Positions 30,367 through 39,504 of a stretch of 55,920 nt of DNA are shown one piece after another; position 1 is the stretch's first letter, and each line of letters begins with the position of its first letter. The DNA lies in NCBI GenBank assembly GCA_025451295.1, contig JANWKQ010000041.1, positions 1 to 55,920 on the forward strand. Reading direction: 5' to 3'. The notes beneath the pieces were generated by a model that did no database searches, was not told the origin of the DNA, and saw only the letters and a program-made list of their open reading frames with translations. Both the position numbers and the translations under genes were made by a program. Source of the DNA: Flavobacteriales bacterium (GTDB lineage Bacteria > Bacteroidota > Bacteroidia > CAIKAF01).

Positions 30367-30423
30367 TTAACCAACCTACTATGAAAAAAACTATCTTTAA
30401 AACGAAGTTTTCTAACTTATTGT
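30331..30423 (-). ncRNA. candidate ~90-nt small RNA (promoter box to terminator), no known family recognised
   Basis: A TACCTTTG -7 box at 30429..30436 (minus) lies about 60 nt upstream of the terminator. The longest minus-strand ORF anywhere in the surrounding 360-bp gap is 11 codons. Confidence 0.3.
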
Positions 30424-30666
30424 ATACACAAAGGTAATATTAATTTAAATCCAGGGCAAGGATCGACTGGAACAGAATCTGTGAAAGAGATGTTAAGGCT
30501 CACCCAACGTTGCTTAAACAACTTGTAACTTAAGAATTTGTAGCATCTCTCAACCTTCTGCTTCACTAGTAATATTAAGGTTTTTTATCAATTGCAGGTT
30601 GAAAAGTATTTTATTGGACTCATCAACAGCTGAACTACGCCCTTATCTTTAACTAATTTTTGTTAT

Positions 30667-32040
30667 ATGAAATTTCACTTTATTGCTATTGGAGGAGCGG
30701 TGATGCATAACCTGGCGTTGGATATTCATTCACAAGGACATTTAGTCACTGGTTCGGATGATGAGATTTTTGAACCTTCTAAAAGCCGATTGGAAAAAGC
30801 AGGCATTCTGCCTCCCCGCCTGGGTTGGTTTCCCGAGAAGATCACCCCTGGTTTGGACGCGATCATTTTAGGGATGCATGCACACAAGGATAATCCTGAA
30901 TTAAAGAAAGTGCTTGAGCTTGGTCTGAAGATCTATTCTTATCCGGAATTTATTTATCAGCAATCGATGCATAAAAAAAGGATAGTGGTTGGTGGTAGCC
31001 ACGGCAAAACAACCATTACTTCCATGATCATGCATGCACTCCGAAAGCATAAAAAAAACTTCGATTACCTGGTTGGCGCTCAGTTGGAAGGATTTGAGAA
31101 AATGGTGAAGATCGATCCCGCTACGGATCTAGCAGTTTTTGAAGGTGATGAATATCTTTCATCTATTTTAAATCCTGTACCCAAGTTTCATCTTTATCAC
31201 CCCCATGTTGCTATCATCAGTGGAATCTCGTGGGATCATATGAATGTATTTCCAACCTTCGAAAACTATTGCGATCAATTTTCTGTGTTCATTCACAAAA
31301 TAGAAAAAGGTGGTTCTCTTATATATTGCGAAGAAGATCCTGTGTTGGTTAAGATGGTAGAACAAAATAAACGAACTGATATTAATTATGCTGCGTATTC
31401 AGTTCCGACCTATGAAATTATTAATGAAGAAACATTTGTAAAAGTGGGGACTCAGAAATATGGACTACAGGTTTTTGGAGAGCATAACCTGCTGAACATG
31501 GAAGCGGCGCGACTTGCCTGCCAATCAGTTGGAATGAGTGCTGAAGATTTTTATTCAGGCATGCAAACATTTACGGGTGCTGCGAAACGGCTTGAGTTGA
31601 TGTATAAAACAGAGAAGACCATTGTTTTTAAGGATTTTGCTCATTCGCCTTCAAAACTTAAAGCTACTATTCATGCTGTAAGGCTTCAATATCCAAAAAG
31701 AAAGATATATGCCTTTGTCGAACTCCATACATACAGTAGTTTAAATAAAGATTTTCTACATGAATACCAGCATTCAATGAATGAGGCAGATGAAGCAGTT
31801 GTGTTTTACAGTCCGCATACACTGGAATTAAAAAAATTAGCTGCCATTGAGAAAACGGATATTCAACATGCTTTTGGCAGAACAGATTTGGAGGTGATGA
31901 ATAACAATCCTGATTTGGAAGCTCATATTGCAAAAAAGAGTACAGATAATTCCGTATTTCTCATGATGAGTTCAGGAAACTGGAATGGAGTAAATGTATT
32001 TGATATGATCAGAAATAGAATAGATCAGGCCGTTGGTTAA
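30667..32040 (+). CDS. mpl: Mur-ligase family protein, Mpl-like (UDP-MurNAc:tripeptide ligase)
   Basis: The N-terminus MKFHFIAIGGAVMHNLALDIHSQGHLVTGSDDEIFEPSKSRLEKAGI parallels Mpl. The ATP P-loop is VGGSHGKTTITSM. Confidence 0.7.
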   Translation: MKFHFIAIGGAVMHNLALDIHSQGHLVTGSDDEIFEPSKSRLEKAGILPPRLGWFPEKITPGLDAIILGMHAHKDNPELKKVLELGLKIYSYPEFIYQQSMHKKRIVVGGSHGKTTITSMIMHALRKHKKNFDYLVGAQLEGFEKMVKIDPATDLAVFEGDEYLSSILNPVPKFHLYHPHVAIISGISWDHMNVFPTFENYCDQFSVFIHKIEKGGSLIYCEEDPVLVKMVEQNKRTDINYAAYSVPTYEIINEETFVKVGTQKYGLQVFGEHNLLNMEAARLACQSVGMSAEDFYSGMQTFTGAAKRLELMYKTEKTIVFKDFAHSPSKLKATIHAVRLQYPKRKIYAFVELHTYSSLNKDFLHEYQHSMNEADEAVVFYSPHTLELKKLAAIEKTDIQHAFGRTDLEVMNNNPDLEAHIAKKSTDNSVFLMMSSGNWNGVNVFDMIRNRIDQAVG

Positions 32041-32228
32041 TTCTGGGCTGGTATGCATTCATATACCGGCATTCCATAAAACTGAACTTTTGCCCAATTA
32101 ATAAGTTGCTTGATCTCTTCTGGTAATAAAACTCTAAGTGCTTTTTCCAATTCCTTTTTGAAGAGAAATTCATCGAAGCTAACTTTTTGTAAAATGAACT
32201 TCGAATATTCGAGCATGGATTGAATCAT
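32037..32228 (-). CDS. small hypothetical protein (63 aa)
   Basis: This is the only ORF in the 300-nt space between the mpl-like gene and the next gene. It is predicted helical. Its TAA overlaps the TAA of the mpl-like gene on the opposite strand (TTAA). Confidence 0.4.
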   Translation of the reverse strand: MIQSMLEYSKFILQKVSFDEFLFKKELEKALRVLLPEEIKQLINWAKVQFYGMPVYECIPAQN

Positions 32229-32348
32229 ACTTTCTTGATTTTGGATGTCAGGTTGATGAATCTAAATTAGGTAACAGGTATTATATATTCAAATTATCGT
32301 GAACATTTTTTTTAACAAAGCCTGTTTATTTAATTTTAATTTAACCGG

Positions 32349-33899
32349 CTACAAAATGCTGCATGCAGCACATTTGATCCCATCAATGGCTGCAGAAACG
32401 ATCCCGCCTGCATATCCTGCGCCTTCCCCACAGGGGAATAATCCAGCTACTTCAGGATGCTGTAAGGATTTAGATTCACGAGGGATTTTTACAGGGGATG
32501 AAGTTCTTGACTCAGGAGCCACCAGGATGGCGTCATTGGAATAATATGTTGACATTTTTTTTCCGAAACTTTTAAAACCAGCTTTGAGACGTTTTGATAT
32601 GAATGCTGGCAACAGGTCGCCAAGATCCACAGACTGTACGCCTGGAGTATAGGAACAGGTTGGTAGGCTGGTGCTTGTTTTTCCGTCGACAAAATCAATG
32701 AGTCTTTGTGCCGGGGCCATTTGTGTTTTACCCCCCAGCTTCCAGGCGAGTTGTTCGATGTCTCTTTGAAATTCCATGGTCATCAACGGGCTGTTTTTAT
32801 AACCTTCTTTGAAGAGATCTTCAAGCCTTATTTCTACCACGATCCCGGAATTAGCAAATGGATTGTTCCTTTTGGATGGTGACCAACCATTTGTGACGAT
32901 CTCGCCCGGTGATGTGCTGCAGGGGGCAATGATACCCCCGGGGCACATACAAAACGAATAAACCCCACGATCCATTTCCTGGTTGACAAAACTATAGTAA
33001 GCGGGTGGCAAATAATTGGGTCTGGTTTTACAATGATATTGAACCTGGTCGATGATCTGTTGAGGATGTTCGGCCCTTACGCCGAGTGCAAAAGGCTTGG
33101 CATCGAGAAGAATGTTCTTTTGATAAAGCATTTCGAAGATCATTCTCGACGAATGGCCGGTTGCCAGGATCATTTTGGAGGTTGTTACCTTTTCATTATT
33201 GTTGAAGGTGAGGGAACAGATTTTGTTGAACTGAACTTCGAAATCATCCAATCTTTTTTCGAAATGGATCTCCCCTCCATGGGTCAGAATACATTCACGC
33301 ATCTGTTGAATAATGTCCGGTAATTTATTTGTTCCAATATGTGGCTTCGCATCAATTCCAATATCCGGGGAAGCTCCGAAATGAATAAATAAGTCGAGGA
33401 TCTTTTTTATGTCACCGCGTTTATCTGATCGGGTATAAAGTTTCCCGTCGGAATAGGTACCTGCTCCACCTTCTCCGAAACAATAATTACTCTCCGTGTT
33501 AACAATATGTTCTTTGGTAAGAATGGCAAGATCGCGACGACGGTCTCTTACGTTCTTTCCTCTTTCAATGATCACAGGTTTCTTTCCGAGTTCCAATAAA
33601 TGTAATGCCGCAAAATATCCGGCCGGACCTGCTCCGATAATATAGATCTCTTCTTCGTTTTTTACATTTTTGAAGGGGGGTGAGAAAGTTTCGGCTGCTG
33701 AAAAATCTTCATCGATCCATACATTTAAACGCAATACAGTTTTTACCTGTTTGCTTCGTGCATCGATGCTTCTTTTAATGATCTGCATATGACGGATCCT
33801 TTGCGGATCAATTTGCTGTTGACGGGCCAGCGCAGACTGGATGAATGCTGTGTCCTGGTAATATTCAGCAGGAATGGTGATCTGGAATTGTACCGGCAT
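32349..33899 (-). CDS. NAD(P)/FAD-dependent oxidoreductase (uncharacterised FAD-dehydrogenase family)
   Basis: The dinucleotide fold is IYIIGAGPAGYFAALHL. The 516-aa layout is typical of the COG2509-type family. Confidence 0.7.
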   Translation of the reverse strand: MPVQFQITIPAEYYQDTAFIQSALARQQQIDPQRIRHMQIIKRSIDARSKQVKTVLRLNVWIDEDFSAAETFSPPFKNVKNEEEIYIIGAGPAGYFAALHLLELGKKPVIIERGKNVRDRRRDLAILTKEHIVNTESNYCFGEGGAGTYSDGKLYTRSDKRGDIKKILDLFIHFGASPDIGIDAKPHIGTNKLPDIIQQMRECILTHGGEIHFEKRLDDFEVQFNKICSLTFNNNEKVTTSKMILATGHSSRMIFEMLYQKNILLDAKPFALGVRAEHPQQIIDQVQYHCKTRPNYLPPAYYSFVNQEMDRGVYSFCMCPGGIIAPCSTSPGEIVTNGWSPSKRNNPFANSGIVVEIRLEDLFKEGYKNSPLMTMEFQRDIEQLAWKLGGKTQMAPAQRLIDFVDGKTSTSLPTCSYTPGVQSVDLGDLLPAFISKRLKAGFKSFGKKMSTYYSNDAILVAPESRTSSPVKIPRESKSLQHPEVAGLFPCGEGAGYAGGIVSAAIDGIKCAACSIL

Positions 33900-34645
33900 T
33901 ATTCAAATAAGAAGGTAATAAAAATGCTACGGGCATATAAACCGTCAATGCCTTTATTGTAAATATTATTTTCCGGGTAATTGAGATTCACCATTCCCCA
34001 TGATCCTTTTACCTGTGCAGAAAACTTAAAGTAGGGGAGATAAAAATCAAGCCCGAAACCGGCTTCGATCTGCGCATCATTTGCATTAAATTTTACCGGG
34101 TAGTCACTGGCATTTTCTGCTTTTACTTTATTGGAGATATCGTACACATATTTACCTCCAGCCAATACATAGGCTCTGAAATTATTGATACGGTTGGTTT
34201 TGAATTTGATATATACTGGAAATTCTGCGAAGGTGGCTTCTACCTCAAATTTGTCTACACGTCCTGCGGGGCGTTCAAAAAGTAAAGTACGGGAGGTTAA
34301 TGTAAGTTGAGGGGTGAACCGGAGATCGAGATTTTCGTTGATCCGCATATTGGTTTCGATACCCATGGTAAAACCGGGATTCCACAATGGGGTGATGGAA
34401 TAAATGGTGTCGGGCAATAAAGCTCTCAGATCAGGGATTGTTCTTACCGCCACACCTGTTAACTGGGTACCAATGTTAATTCCAAAATGAAATCTTCGCC
34501 GGTCATATTTGGGCATGTTAACACCAACAACGTTTTTTTGCTTTTTGTTTCTGTTAAATTGGGCGTAAGATATGGCTGGTGCAAGAAAGAATCCGGCAAA
34601 TAAAACGAAAAAAAGAGATCTCTTTATGAATGGATTGTTCAACAT
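33899..34645 (-). CDS. PorT-family-like outer-membrane beta-barrel protein
   Basis: 248 aa with a signal peptide and alternating beta-strands, ending in ...SIFITFLFE. It sits immediately downstream of ubiE/menG, a common position for porT-family genes in Bacteroidota. Confidence 0.5.
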   Translation of the reverse strand: MLNNPFIKRSLFFVLFAGFFLAPAISYAQFNRNKKQKNVVGVNMPKYDRRRFHFGINIGTQLTGVAVRTIPDLRALLPDTIYSITPLWNPGFTMGIETNMRINENLDLRFTPQLTLTSRTLLFERPAGRVDKFEVEATFAEFPVYIKFKTNRINNFRAYVLAGGKYVYDISNKVKAENASDYPVKFNANDAQIEAGFGLDFYLPYFKFSAQVKGSWGMVNLNYPENNIYNKGIDGLYARSIFITFLFE

Positions 34646-34676
34646 TATTTGCTAGTACAACGGGAAAAACAAGCTT

Positions 34677-35408
34677 TTATTTTTCGCCAATATAGAGCGA
34701 TGCAATGCCAAAAGTAAGCTTTTTTGCTGAATTGGAGCGAAATCCACATTCGGCCAGCAGTTGCAAAAAGCCTTCACCGTGCGGAAAGGACTTAACAGAA
34801 TTTGGAAGATAGGTATAAGCTGACTTATCCTTTGAAATGAGCCTTCCACAGAAGGGAAGAATCGTTTTAAAGTAAAAATTATAGAGTTGTTTTATTGGAA
34901 ATTTCTGAGGTTTTGAAAATTCAAGCACATGAATTCTGCCACCTTTTTTAAGCACCCGATGAATCTCTTTTAACCCTTTTTGGGGAATTTCGAAATTCCT
35001 TACCCCGAAAGCAACGGTTACAGCATCAAAACTGCCATCTTCAAAGGGAAGGTTTTCGGAATCACCATACTGGAGCTGGATAAGATCTTCAAGACCCTTT
35101 CTGACCACCTTTTCTTTGCCTTTGTGAAGCATGCCGACAGAAATATCGCAGCCGATAATTTCTTTTGCACCTGATTTTCTTAACGCAATAGCTAAATCTG
35201 CTGTACCGGTGGCAACATCTAAAATCTTTTGCGGGTTTCTGGTAGCTACTGCCTGAACGGTCTTTTTTCTCCAACCAACATCAATTCCCAAAGACAGGAA
35301 TCGATTGAGAAAGTCGTAGCGATGTGAAATGTTGTTGAACATTTCAGCCACTTCCTCTTTCTTCGATTTATCGGTGCTATAAGGTTTAATGTTGGTTTGC
35401 GTCTCCAC
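34677..35408 (-). CDS. ubiE: demethylmenaquinone/ubiquinone C-methyltransferase UbiE/MenG
   Basis: Signatures MFNNISHRYDFLNRFLSLGID, SAM motif ILDVATGTADLA and AFGVRNF are present. The start codon is GTG. Confidence 0.9.
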   Translation of the reverse strand: METQTNIKPYSTDKSKKEEVAEMFNNISHRYDFLNRFLSLGIDVGWRKKTVQAVATRNPQKILDVATGTADLAIALRKSGAKEIIGCDISVGMLHKGKEKVVRKGLEDLIQLQYGDSENLPFEDGSFDAVTVAFGVRNFEIPQKGLKEIHRVLKKGGRIHVLEFSKPQKFPIKQLYNFYFKTILPFCGRLISKDKSAYTYLPNSVKSFPHGEGFLQLLAECGFRSNSAKKLTFGIASLYIGEK

Positions 35409-35429
35409 TCTGCTCGGAATAATATATTA

Positions 35430-35437
35430 CAAATTTA
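35430..35437 (-). promoter_or_regulatory. -7 promoter box TAAATTTG
   Basis: Perfect TAnnTTTG on the minus strand, 22 nt upstream of the ubiE GTG start. Confidence 0.5.
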
Positions 35438-35616
35438 ACGATCAAAGGTACGCGGTCCCAGCATTTTAACATCAATTATTAACAAAGAAGTAAATGCCTG
35501 AAATGATTGATTAAACGACCTGTATCACTGAGCGTTTGTGCAATCCCTGCGTTTCTAAAGTGCCTAAACAGATGAATTTAACGCCGTTGCAACCACTGCG
35601 GAAGGCCAGCCCCCAA

Positions 35617-36810
35617 TTACTTTAAATTTAATAAAGCTGTCTTGATGCGTTCAATGGCCTTGGTGATCAGATCCTCGGAAGTGGCATATGATAACCTGAT
35701 ATAATTCTCTGCTCCAAATGCGGAGCCAGGAACGGTAGATACATTGGCCTCGTGGATCAGGTACATGGAGAGATCATCCGAATTCCCGATTGTATATTTT
35801 CCGACTGATTTTCCGATATAATAAGAAATCTCGGGAAAAAAATAAAATGCTCCCTGCGGATTGTTAACGGTCATGTTTGGAATATCCGAGAGCAGTGAAT
35901 GTGCCAGTTCTTTTCGTTTTTTAAATGCCGTAACCATACTGCTTACTTTTTCCGGGCCATTGGTCAATGCCACAATGGCTGCACGTTGTGCAATAGAGCA
36001 AGTGGCGGATGTGAACTGACCTTGCATTTTTATACAGGCTTTTGCAATCTCTTCCGGAGCTGCCAGATAACCAAGCCTCCAACCCGTCATTGCAAAAGCC
36101 TTTGAAAGACCATTGATGGTTACCGTTCTGTTTTTAACAGCTTCAAAGGTACCAATGCTGATATGAGCACCCACAAAATTGATCAATTCATAAATTTCAT
36201 CTGAAACGACCACAATATCCGGATATTTGGCTAATACCTTTACGATAGACTCCAGCTCATCATAATTATAAACCGAACCCGTAGGATTGCAAGGTGAACT
36301 AAACATGAACATCTTGGTTTTGGCTGTAATGGCCTGCTCTACCTGATCAGCAGTTACTTTAAAATCTTTTTCAATCCCTGCCAGCACTTCTACCGGTTTT
36401 CCACCTGCCATTTTAATGATCTCGCGATAGCTCACCCAATAAGGTGCAGGAACAATTACCTCATCACCTTCATCAATACATGCCATTACCAGGTTGGCGA
36501 TGCACTGTTTGGCTCCGGTAGAGACCATGATCTGCGATCTCTTAAAATCAAGGTTATTATCTCTTTTTAATTTCAGACAAATGGCATCCAACAATTCATC
36601 ATATCCGGCAACGGGTGTATAATGGGAAAAGTTCTGATCGATGGCATCTTTTGCCGCCTGTTTTATATAATCTGGTGTATCAAAATCCGGCTCGCCCAGA
36701 CTGAGATTAATAATATCTTTGCCCTCTGCCTTTAATTCCCTGCTCAACCTGGCCATGGCCAGGGTTTCGGATTCGGCCATATTGAGCAATCGTCTTGAAA
36801 AATGAGCCAT
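35617..36810 (-). CDS. class-I PLP-dependent aminotransferase (aspartate aminotransferase-like)
   Basis: The PLP-lysine motif is NGLSKAFAMTGWRLGY. SSPCNPTG is present. 397 aa. Confidence 0.85.
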   Translation of the reverse strand: MAHFSRRLLNMAESETLAMARLSRELKAEGKDIINLSLGEPDFDTPDYIKQAAKDAIDQNFSHYTPVAGYDELLDAICLKLKRDNNLDFKRSQIMVSTGAKQCIANLVMACIDEGDEVIVPAPYWVSYREIIKMAGGKPVEVLAGIEKDFKVTADQVEQAITAKTKMFMFSSPCNPTGSVYNYDELESIVKVLAKYPDIVVVSDEIYELINFVGAHISIGTFEAVKNRTVTINGLSKAFAMTGWRLGYLAAPEEIAKACIKMQGQFTSATCSIAQRAAIVALTNGPEKVSSMVTAFKKRKELAHSLLSDIPNMTVNNPQGAFYFFPEISYYIGKSVGKYTIGNSDDLSMYLIHEANVSTVPGSAFGAENYIRLSYATSEDLITKAIERIKTALLNLK

Positions 36811-36940
36811 GTATAATTATTTATCGCCACAATTGTAAGTAAAATTTCCATGAGCCCAAATTTTATAACCATCGTATCTTTTTTATAAAAATCACATTAT
36901 AAGATTAAATCCCTTATTTTAGCAACGAATCTTGACTACT

Positions 36941-37462
36941 ATGGACGATTTTTTAGACATACTAAAGTACACTTTGCCTTCTGCCATCGTATTTCTGGCG
37001 GTTTACCTGGTCCTTAAAAAATACCTGGATGCACAATTAAAAGAACAGGTGGTAAAAGGCCGGCAAAGTCAACAAAACACTGTACTTCCCATCAGACTTC
37101 AGGCCTATGAAAGAATGATCCTTTTATTGGAAAGGATCACACCCCAAAACCTTGTCATGAGGGCCAATAACAATAATTCAACGGCAGGTCAGCTGCATCA
37201 GGAGCTCTTAACTTCTATTAGAGCAGAATACGAGCATAATCTTACCCAACAGATGTACGTCTCCCAATCGGCCTGGGAAGCGGTTAAAAGGGCTAAAGAA
37301 GAGACCATCAAGATGATCAATATTGCAGCTTCTAAGGTAAATGACAATGCCAAAGGGGTGGATCTAAGCAAAATGGTACTTGAACTGAGCATGAAAATTG
37401 ACAAAATGCCAACACAAATTGCTATTGATTTTATAAAGGAAGAAGCCCGCCTGTTTTTCTAA
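36941..37462 (+). CDS. hypothetical N-terminally anchored protein
   Basis: The ATG at 36941 gives MDDFLDILKYTLPSAIVFLAVYLVL, a single TM segment. The rest is helical and charged. Confidence 0.55.
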   Translation: MDDFLDILKYTLPSAIVFLAVYLVLKKYLDAQLKEQVVKGRQSQQNTVLPIRLQAYERMILLLERITPQNLVMRANNNNSTAGQLHQELLTSIRAEYEHNLTQQMYVSQSAWEAVKRAKEETIKMINIAASKVNDNAKGVDLSKMVLELSMKIDKMPTQIAIDFIKEEARLFF

Positions 37463-37505
37463 AAACTGCCATATTATTTGTATATTCGTTGATGGATCAT
37501 TATTC

Positions 37506-38558
37506 ATGAATAAAAGAATCTCCATCATCCTGGTTTTCCTAAGTCTGTTCCTTATGTTAAGTTGTGAGGAAGAGTATACCACCACCCCCTATAATTTTCA
37601 GACTCCGGTTGGATTTGTTCAACCAACCATTCCGGCAGATAATCCGATGACCATAGAAGGTGTTGAGTTGGGAAGAAAACTATTTTATGATCCCATCCTT
37701 TCAAAAAATAATGTACAGGCTTGTGCAGATTGCCACGTTCAGGATTTTGGATTTACGGATGACGGTCTTGCATTCAGCACCGGTGTAGACGGATTACAGG
37801 GAAACAGGAATGCCATGGCCATCATTAATCTGGCATGGGGAAGTTCCTTTTTTTGGGATGGCAGAGCCACCTCCCTCGAAAATCAGATCTACGGTCCTGT
37901 AACGAATCCACTGGAAATGAATATCAGCTGGCTGGAGGTAGAGGATAAATTAAATGCGAATAATACCTATAAAGATCTTTTCAAGAATGCATTCAATATC
38001 GATCAGATTGATTCGGTGCATGTTTCAAAAGCGATTGCTCAGTTCTTGCGGACTTTGGTTAGCGGAAACAGCAAGTTCGACAAGTTTGTACGTCAGGAAG
38101 TGAGTTTAACCGCTGCTGAATTAAATGGACTTAATATTTATACAACCGAGCGTGGAGACTGTTTTCATTGTCATACCTTAACCAATGGTTTAGGCACCGA
38201 TAATACATTTAAAAATAATGGACTTGATGATGATGGTTCCATGACAGACCTGGGAAGATACATGGTTACCGGAAATATAAATGATCGGGGTAAATTTAAA
38301 GTCCCCACTTTAAGAAATATCGAACTTACCGCACCCTATATGCATGACAGTCGTTTTGCAACATTAGCAGACGTGGTGGATCATTATGATCAGGGAGGAG
38401 TTGCCAGCAGTACGGTGGATCCGTTGATGAAACATGTGCAGGGAAGTACCAATCCGGGATTAAATTTAACGGCTCAGGATAAATTAGATCTGATTGAGTT
38501 TTTGAAAACATTAACGGATGATGATTTTAAAACTAATCCGGCTTTTTCCCATCCTTAG
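37506..38558 (+). CDS. di-haem cytochrome c peroxidase (CCP/MauG family)
   Basis: Lipoprotein-like signal (LMLSC). Two haem motifs, CADCH and CFHCH, and a conserved PTLRN segment. Confidence 0.85.
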   Translation: MNKRISIILVFLSLFLMLSCEEEYTTTPYNFQTPVGFVQPTIPADNPMTIEGVELGRKLFYDPILSKNNVQACADCHVQDFGFTDDGLAFSTGVDGLQGNRNAMAIINLAWGSSFFWDGRATSLENQIYGPVTNPLEMNISWLEVEDKLNANNTYKDLFKNAFNIDQIDSVHVSKAIAQFLRTLVSGNSKFDKFVRQEVSLTAAELNGLNIYTTERGDCFHCHTLTNGLGTDNTFKNNGLDDDGSMTDLGRYMVTGNINDRGKFKVPTLRNIELTAPYMHDSRFATLADVVDHYDQGGVASSTVDPLMKHVQGSTNPGLNLTAQDKLDLIEFLKTLTDDDFKTNPAFSHP

Positions 38559-38982
38559 ATGTTGTCCTTTTTCTAAAGGCAATTGGAATTGAATATTTAC
38601 ATTTTACAGGTTTACCACCCAGGGTAGCCGGAATCCAATTCGGCATCAAGGAGAAGACGCGAATTGCTTCATCGTCGCATGGTTTACAAAATGATCTTGG
38701 GATTGTAATTTCACTGACCTTTCCTTCTTCATCAATTGTGAAGGCTACATAAACTTTGCCATCACCGCATGAATCCGTGCAGCCAGTTTTAAAGTTATCG
38801 TCAAAGAAATTTTTGAGAGCCTCTTCTCCGCCAGGAAATTCGGGATATGGGTCCACAATCAAGGGTAGATTATCTGATTCTTTCAACTCACTTTTATCCT
38901 CCACTTCAGGAGAATTGTCAATTTGTCCGGATAAAGTTGAAAATGTAAAACTGGCCAATATGATAATAAATGCCTTATTCAT
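38533..38982 (-). CDS. exported TonB C-terminal-domain protein
   Basis: The start is at MNKAFIIILASF. PEFPGGEEALKNFF...GKVYVAFTIDEEGKVSEITI...DEAIRVFSLMPNWIPATLGGKPV is a TonB_C fold signature. The 3' end overlaps the convergent peroxidase gene by 26 nt. Confidence 0.7.
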   Translation of the reverse strand: MNKAFIIILASFTFSTLSGQIDNSPEVEDKSELKESDNLPLIVDPYPEFPGGEEALKNFFDDNFKTGCTDSCGDGKVYVAFTIDEEGKVSEITIPRSFCKPCDDEAIRVFSLMPNWIPATLGGKPVKCKYSIPIAFRKRTTSKDGKKPD

Positions 38983-39043
38983 TCCTGTGAAAATCATTTG
39001 TTAAGCGGCTCCGATGGGATTTAAGAGCAATATAATTGAATTC

Positions 39044-39484
39044 TTAAAGCGGAGATTTTTTAGTTTCCACTGTTTCTACAATTTTTTTCATTACCGTAAG
39101 ATTCATTCCAAAAGGATCCTGCATAAAAGAATATCCAATATCGCCGTATTCAATTGATAAATAAGCGGCGAGGTCCCACCTTCTTACTGCTTTTAGTTCT
39201 TTGATCTCACCAAGCGGAACAGCAAAACTGCCTTCATTTTTAAGTGCTTCTACTTCCAGATCGTTTGTCAATGATTTTCCGATCAGCAATGGACCGAGTA
39301 AAGGTCCAGCCAATAAACCAGCTGTAAGGATCGATCCCATTTTGCTGCCACCACTTGATAAAAATAAAAAGCGTTGGTTGGTGACCATGATCCTGCCAAG
39401 ATGGGTTCCCCATTTCCAGAATCCAGGTTTAGCAGAATTCCAGCATCGCATATTGTCGGAGATATAAAGGACGGTTTCTTCCAT
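39044..39484 (-). CDS. hypothetical protein, bacterial PH/GRAM-like N-terminus with an internal Gly-rich hydrophobic segment
   Basis: 146-aa ORF. GRIMVTNQRFLFLS resembles bPH/GRAM strands. GSILTAGLLAGPLLGPLLIG is glycine-zipper-like. Confidence 0.45.
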   Translation of the reverse strand: MEETVLYISDNMRCWNSAKPGFWKWGTHLGRIMVTNQRFLFLSSGGSKMGSILTAGLLAGPLLGPLLIGKSLTNDLEVEALKNEGSFAVPLGEIKELKAVRRWDLAAYLSIEYGDIGYSFMQDPFGMNLTVMKKIVETVETKKSPL

Positions 39485-39504
39485 AAGGATTGTTTTGTTT
39501 GAGG

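Noticed and set aside
30381-30434. A 17-codon plus-strand ORF (MKKTIFKTKFSNLLYTQR) in the 360-nt gap, considered as a possible leader peptide.
   Set aside because: It is too short and has no regulatory codon run. It lies antisense to the candidate minus-strand transcript and is about 230 nt from the mpl-like gene start, with no attenuator structure in between.
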